A stretch of 63,879 nucleotides of DNA, filler included, from Diploschistes diacapsis (Eukaryota): the NCBI GenBank assembly GCA_023645945.1. It is 5 parts of 5 records of this genome, joined end to end, with 100 filler letters (N's around TTAATTAATTAA, not from the genome) between each part and the next. Parts side by side here need not be neighbours in the genome. Positions count along the whole stretch, not along the records: positions 55,790 to 63,879 come from JALAIB010001200.1; 4 more parts are not named here. One strand, given 5' to 3'. Under the pieces are notes generated by a model, which saw nothing but the letters and a program-made list of their open reading frames with translations, made no database searches and had not been told where the DNA came from. The position numbers were made by a program, and so were the translations under genes. Positions 60,229 through 63,879 of this stretch are shown here, piece after piece. Position 1 is the first letter of the stretch, and every line of letters starts with the position of its first letter.

Positions 60229-61776
60229 TCAATCTGAGCGCTTCACGCAAAAGGCATTGGGTGTGAATATGCCGTCTGGATCGGCCGACTTTCTTATTTT
60301 CTGGAGCTTTTGGTACTTCTGTCGATCTTCATAATACTGATTCCAGCTCGCATCCAGATCAAAGCTGCCATACGAGCCCCAGAGCACACGACGGTCCTGC
60401 TTGCCGAAGATACCGTTAGGACCCATACCTTCTTCATCATTAACTTTTTCCCAGTCCTCTGCTCTTGTTTTCTCGGAGTCTTTATGGAAACAGTCGAGCG
60501 TGCAGCAAACAGTTGAGTCTCGCCAGCTGTAGGAAGTGCCGTTATCAGCATTGGCAGTGAATCTGGAATACTTGCCACCAAAGCACTGAAGCTGAGCAGA
60601 TAGCCAGCACCGATTATCCTCGGGCTCGACTATTGCATCGATACGCTTGGTGACCCAGCTGGGCCAGCCATCTTTGGCAAGTGTCCTCGAATCGGTAAGG
60701 TATGTGCGCTTGACGTAGGGGTGGTCAAACTCGCGTACATTGCGAAAGATCCATTGGGCCGTGAGCTCCGACATTGGCTTTTCCTTCACGCCTTCATGGA
60801 AAATGGCGTTTTTGCTAATCCGATCAAACCAAGCTTGATCGGGAACATCGTTCTTGTGAAATGGAACCCATTGCGCATATACGATAATAGTCCGCGGCCA
60901 GAATGGGATACCGTCCTTTCCAAAGATTTCTGGGTGCGACTCTTTCATCCGATTGTCCAGATCAGGGAATAACGATGGCAGATGAAACGTTGAGCTGAGC
61001 ACGCTGACGCAATAGTCGTAGTTGCGTGGAAACTCTTCGTTGTCAGACATCTCCACCAATATATCCAAAAGACTTTTCAATGTCTTGGTATTGTACCAAA
61101 ATAACGCTTTCAGGCCGCGAGAGCCTTGATAGTCGCTATCGCGGTAGACCTCGATCGTGAAATGGGTCAATACGCCAAGGTTGCCGGGACTACCTCCAAG
61201 AAGAGCCCAGAAGAGGTCGGAATCGGTAATCTTTGTGACTTCTTTGAACTTTCCCTCGTGGTCGATAATCTCAAGCGAGATGACATGGTCTCCCAACAGA
61301 CCGAAGCTGCGGCCTAGTTGACCATATCCACCGGTCTGAACATGACCTCCCAGATGGACGTTGGTGCATTGCCCGTGTGGTACGAATAACTTATGTGCTC
61401 CAAGATATGCGTTGAATTCCCCCAAGCTCCAACTGACGCTTGTGCGAACGAAGCTTTTACCATCTTTCTGAAAGACTGCCCGATCGTCAGGGCCTCTGAA
61501 AGTCTTTTGTAAGTCTAGCTGGATGTTTGGAGAGCTTGTGGAAGAGGCGCCACTATACTGGTGCCCACCGGTCCTGATTGCAACAGCTATCTTTTGTGCT
61601 TTGGCGTACTGGAGCGTGAGTGCAATATCATTCTTATCCTTCGCCTGGACTATCAGCCCTGGGTTCATGTTATGATCCACCTCATGGCTAGAGGAAGCGT
61701 ATTGGTATTTTTCATTTTCCCATGCAAGCGTTCCTTTGACAAACTGATTGCCTTCGACACCAGCGATAGTGGCCAT
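60229..61776 (-). CDS. FAD-linked oxidoreductase, berberine-bridge-enzyme/VAO-like, intronless
   Basis: RTGGHQY (flavinylation His), HGQC.NVHLGGHVQTGGYG, LFWALLGGSPGNLGV, C-terminal LQKIRKSADPDGIF. No signal peptide evident. Confidence 0.9.
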   Translation of the reverse strand: MATIAGVEGNQFVKGTLAWENEKYQYASSSHEVDHNMNPGLIVQAKDKNDIALTLQYAKAQKIAVAIRTGGHQYSGASSTSSPNIQLDLQKTFRGPDDRAVFQKDGKSFVRTSVSWSLGEFNAYLGAHKLFVPHGQCTNVHLGGHVQTGGYGQLGRSFGLLGDHVISLEIIDHEGKFKEVTKITDSDLFWALLGGSPGNLGVLTHFTIEVYRDSDYQGSRGLKALFWYNTKTLKSLLDILVEMSDNEEFPRNYDYCVSVLSSTFHLPSLFPDLDNRMKESHPEIFGKDGIPFWPRTIIVYAQWVPFHKNDVPDQAWFDRISKNAIFHEGVKEKPMSELTAQWIFRNVREFDHPYVKRTYLTDSRTLAKDGWPSWVTKRIDAIVEPEDNRCWLSAQLQCFGGKYSRFTANADNGTSYSWRDSTVCCTLDCFHKDSEKTRAEDWEKVNDEEGMGPNGIFGKQDRRVLWGSYGSFDLDASWNQYYEDRQKYQKLQKIRKSADPDGIFTPNAFCVKRSD

Positions 61777-62654
61777 AGCTTTTGGAATTGTTCTTTAGGA
61801 GTGATCAGTGTCAAAAGCTGCCTTTGCGATTTCAGAGAGAACCTGTTCTATTTATGTGCGCACATACTTACCACTTAATGCTGATCTTACTTCGGCCATG
61901 CAGGGCTTCCTTTGTCTGGGCCTCAGCAATTGCGCTCTTCCAAGCCATTTCCTTTTGCCATCGAAGCAGATGATTCGAGATGTTACTAAGCCAGGTAGGA
62001 GTCCACACAGAGTCCAGTCTCACCTCAGCCAGCCTCATTCGTTTCCTTTGAGACCTTTCTATCTTGGCCACGTGCTCTTCAATACCACTTCCATCGCATG
62101 ACTCTTTGACTGTCTTCAGCCCCGTCGAATTTCAGCCAGCCTCTTTCCCTGTACAAGGAATAGGACGCAGCTTGGGATGGCCATCACAGCCAATTCACCG
62201 CAAAATGGACTAATCGGAAGTACAATACACAAAGCGGGCTTAGGCTCGTCAGAGTATAGCCTAAGCTATAGCAAGTAAGTATATCCCTCTTGTACCCAGA
62301 AATGAACCTTGGACTTTATCCAGTGAATTCCTGGCTGCCCACCGCCCATCTGGCCTCCTAGCAGCGGCTGAAGCATACATTGCACAGCTGGACTTGGCAG
62401 ACAAAGATCCGAAAGGGGCGGAGACTAAGAGAGTTTGGCGGACGGCTGAAAAAAAGGCTTGTCTTATTCTGCCTACTTGTAAAATTGTGTAATATATTTG
62501 GTGGGGCCCTAGTAATGCATTCTACCTAGTTAGTGATGCATTCTGCCTAGTTCGCTGTGGCTCTGCCAGGTACTTAGATCTCTATATAATTTATATACAA
62601 ATGCATGTCAATTACAGAAATACGCGGAATTACATAAAATAAATAAAATATAAT

Positions 62655-63100
62655 TAACGTGTTTCACGGGGATTCCGGCCACCCCCAGATTCCGGCCACC
62701 TCAAATCACTACCGCTAACATTCTACGGTTTTTAAATATAACCTATTCGTCGCAATCAGAATCTAATCGATCTAAATCGAATCTATCTTTTTCCTTTTTA
62801 TCCTTCTCGATTTTAGAAACGCGACGACGTTTTTTACGCGTTATAAATCGTTTCGAAATTATTCGACTCGATTTAATCCGAATTATTATTTTAAAAACTT
62901 CGTTTATATTAAACATAAAACGACCTTTTAATTCGATTTATTTATTTAATTTACGTTTTTTATAATTATTAAGAAACGTTTTTTGTTCTCGGTTTTCTTT
63001 ACGAAACGTTATAAATTTAATATATATCGATTTAAGCATACGGGTTATTTAACTCGAATAACGTTAAATCGGGTTAATTAGTTCTAAAACGGCTCGCAAC
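62655..63100. mobile_element. Degenerate pogo/Fot1-like DNA transposon end
   Basis: TA|ACGTGTTTCACGGGGATTCCGGCCACCCCCAGATTCCGGCCACC: TA target, ACGT start and internal direct repeat GATTCCGGCCACC, followed by AT-rich eroded DNA. Confidence 0.7.
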
Positions 63101-63879
63101 TGTTACGATCCAAGGTACTGTTCGGCAGTACTTGGCACGCAACAGCTAGTCGGGCACTTCCCAGCCATTTCTTGTATATAGTCCAATTAGGGTGACACGG
63201 GTCACGTGACGAGTAGAAGGTCTTGGAGACCATTTTATTTAGTCGTGGGTAGAAAGGGAGAACGGTAGTTCTATTCATCTATTTATTTATTCTACTAAGG
63301 GAGTTGTTGGTTATATAAGAACGTCGCCATGGCTTTTATGAATTTAGGGCGTGTTCACTTTCATAAACATCTTGAGTTATTACTCGGGATTAATTTATAT
63401 TCGTTATTTTTATTATTTTAGAGCCTTTTTATTAGAAATAATTCAAGATCTGTAACTGCTTTATTTTCTTTTCCTGTCACATTCCTCTTCTAACAGAAAT
63501 TAAACCCATCTTGATTTTACTCGTGTATATCTTGTATAGATAAAGATTATAACACTTGAACATCCTCAAGAATGAGTATTATTAATAATATAACCGGGCG
63601 ATCGCTATCGATGACTAAATCTATAATATTTAAAACAGCAGCGCCATCAGATGAAACCGATGTCCTAATAACGGACATAGCGGAAGCTAGAGGCGACAAT
63701 TCCGGAAGTAACGATAAACCTGACGAAGACAAATCGTATAAAGAACTTATTATAAAAACTATAAAGCTAATAATGTTCTACGGAAACCGAAAGAAATTAG
63801 AATATTAAATATTTTAATTTTTAATATATTTTTATTAAAACCCGCATATCATAAACGATTAAAGAAAACGAATAATCTT
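63101..63879 (+). mobile_element. Degenerate Ty3/Gypsy-like retrotransposon: LTR (about 63101-63457) and gag relic, continuing beyond the window
   Basis: TGTTACGATC…GATCTGTAAC imperfect inverted termini, internal TATATAAG; downstream …MFYGNRKKLE resembles the fungal Gypsy gag 'F.G.R.KL' motif. Confidence 0.55.

Overview
Eukaryotic, intron-rich DNA from a filamentous ascomycete (Pezizomycotina): short 45-65 nt GT-AG introns with CTRAY branch points and typical fungal housekeeping and signalling genes. The window is five contigs joined by artificial 100-nt spacers (N-run + TTAATTAATTAA + N-run), so neighbourhood across the spacers means nothing. About 20 protein-coding genes can be rebuilt by hand-splicing: an F-box-like protein, squalene synthase (ERG9), DnaJ-X protein (DJP1), gankyrin (NAS6), TMF/SGM1 golgin, UNC-93-like MFS transporter, SmD1, a salicylate-hydroxylase-like monooxygenase, an uncharacterised type I membrane protein, a multi-KH protein, a CCCH zinc-finger protein, peroxisomal thiolase, a PTH11-like GPCR, glycogen phosphorylase, group III G-alpha, HOG1, AVL9 (cut by a gap), VRG4, MMM1 and an intronless BBE-like flavoprotein. 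Between them lie AT-rich relics of pogo/Fot1-like DNA transposons and LTR retroelements. No tRNA, rRNA or CRISPR array was recognised. Best leads: (1) RIP-like C-to-T erosion of repeats that largely spares CpG, next to relics with the opposite, CpG-free signature; (2) an abnormally long, hairpin-rich AVL9 intron with two branch points and two 3' splice sites, only one in frame; (3) the glycogen phosphorylase - G-alpha III - HOG1 gene block. None is proven novel. All exon boundaries were inferred by eye and family assignments come from recalled motifs, not database searches.
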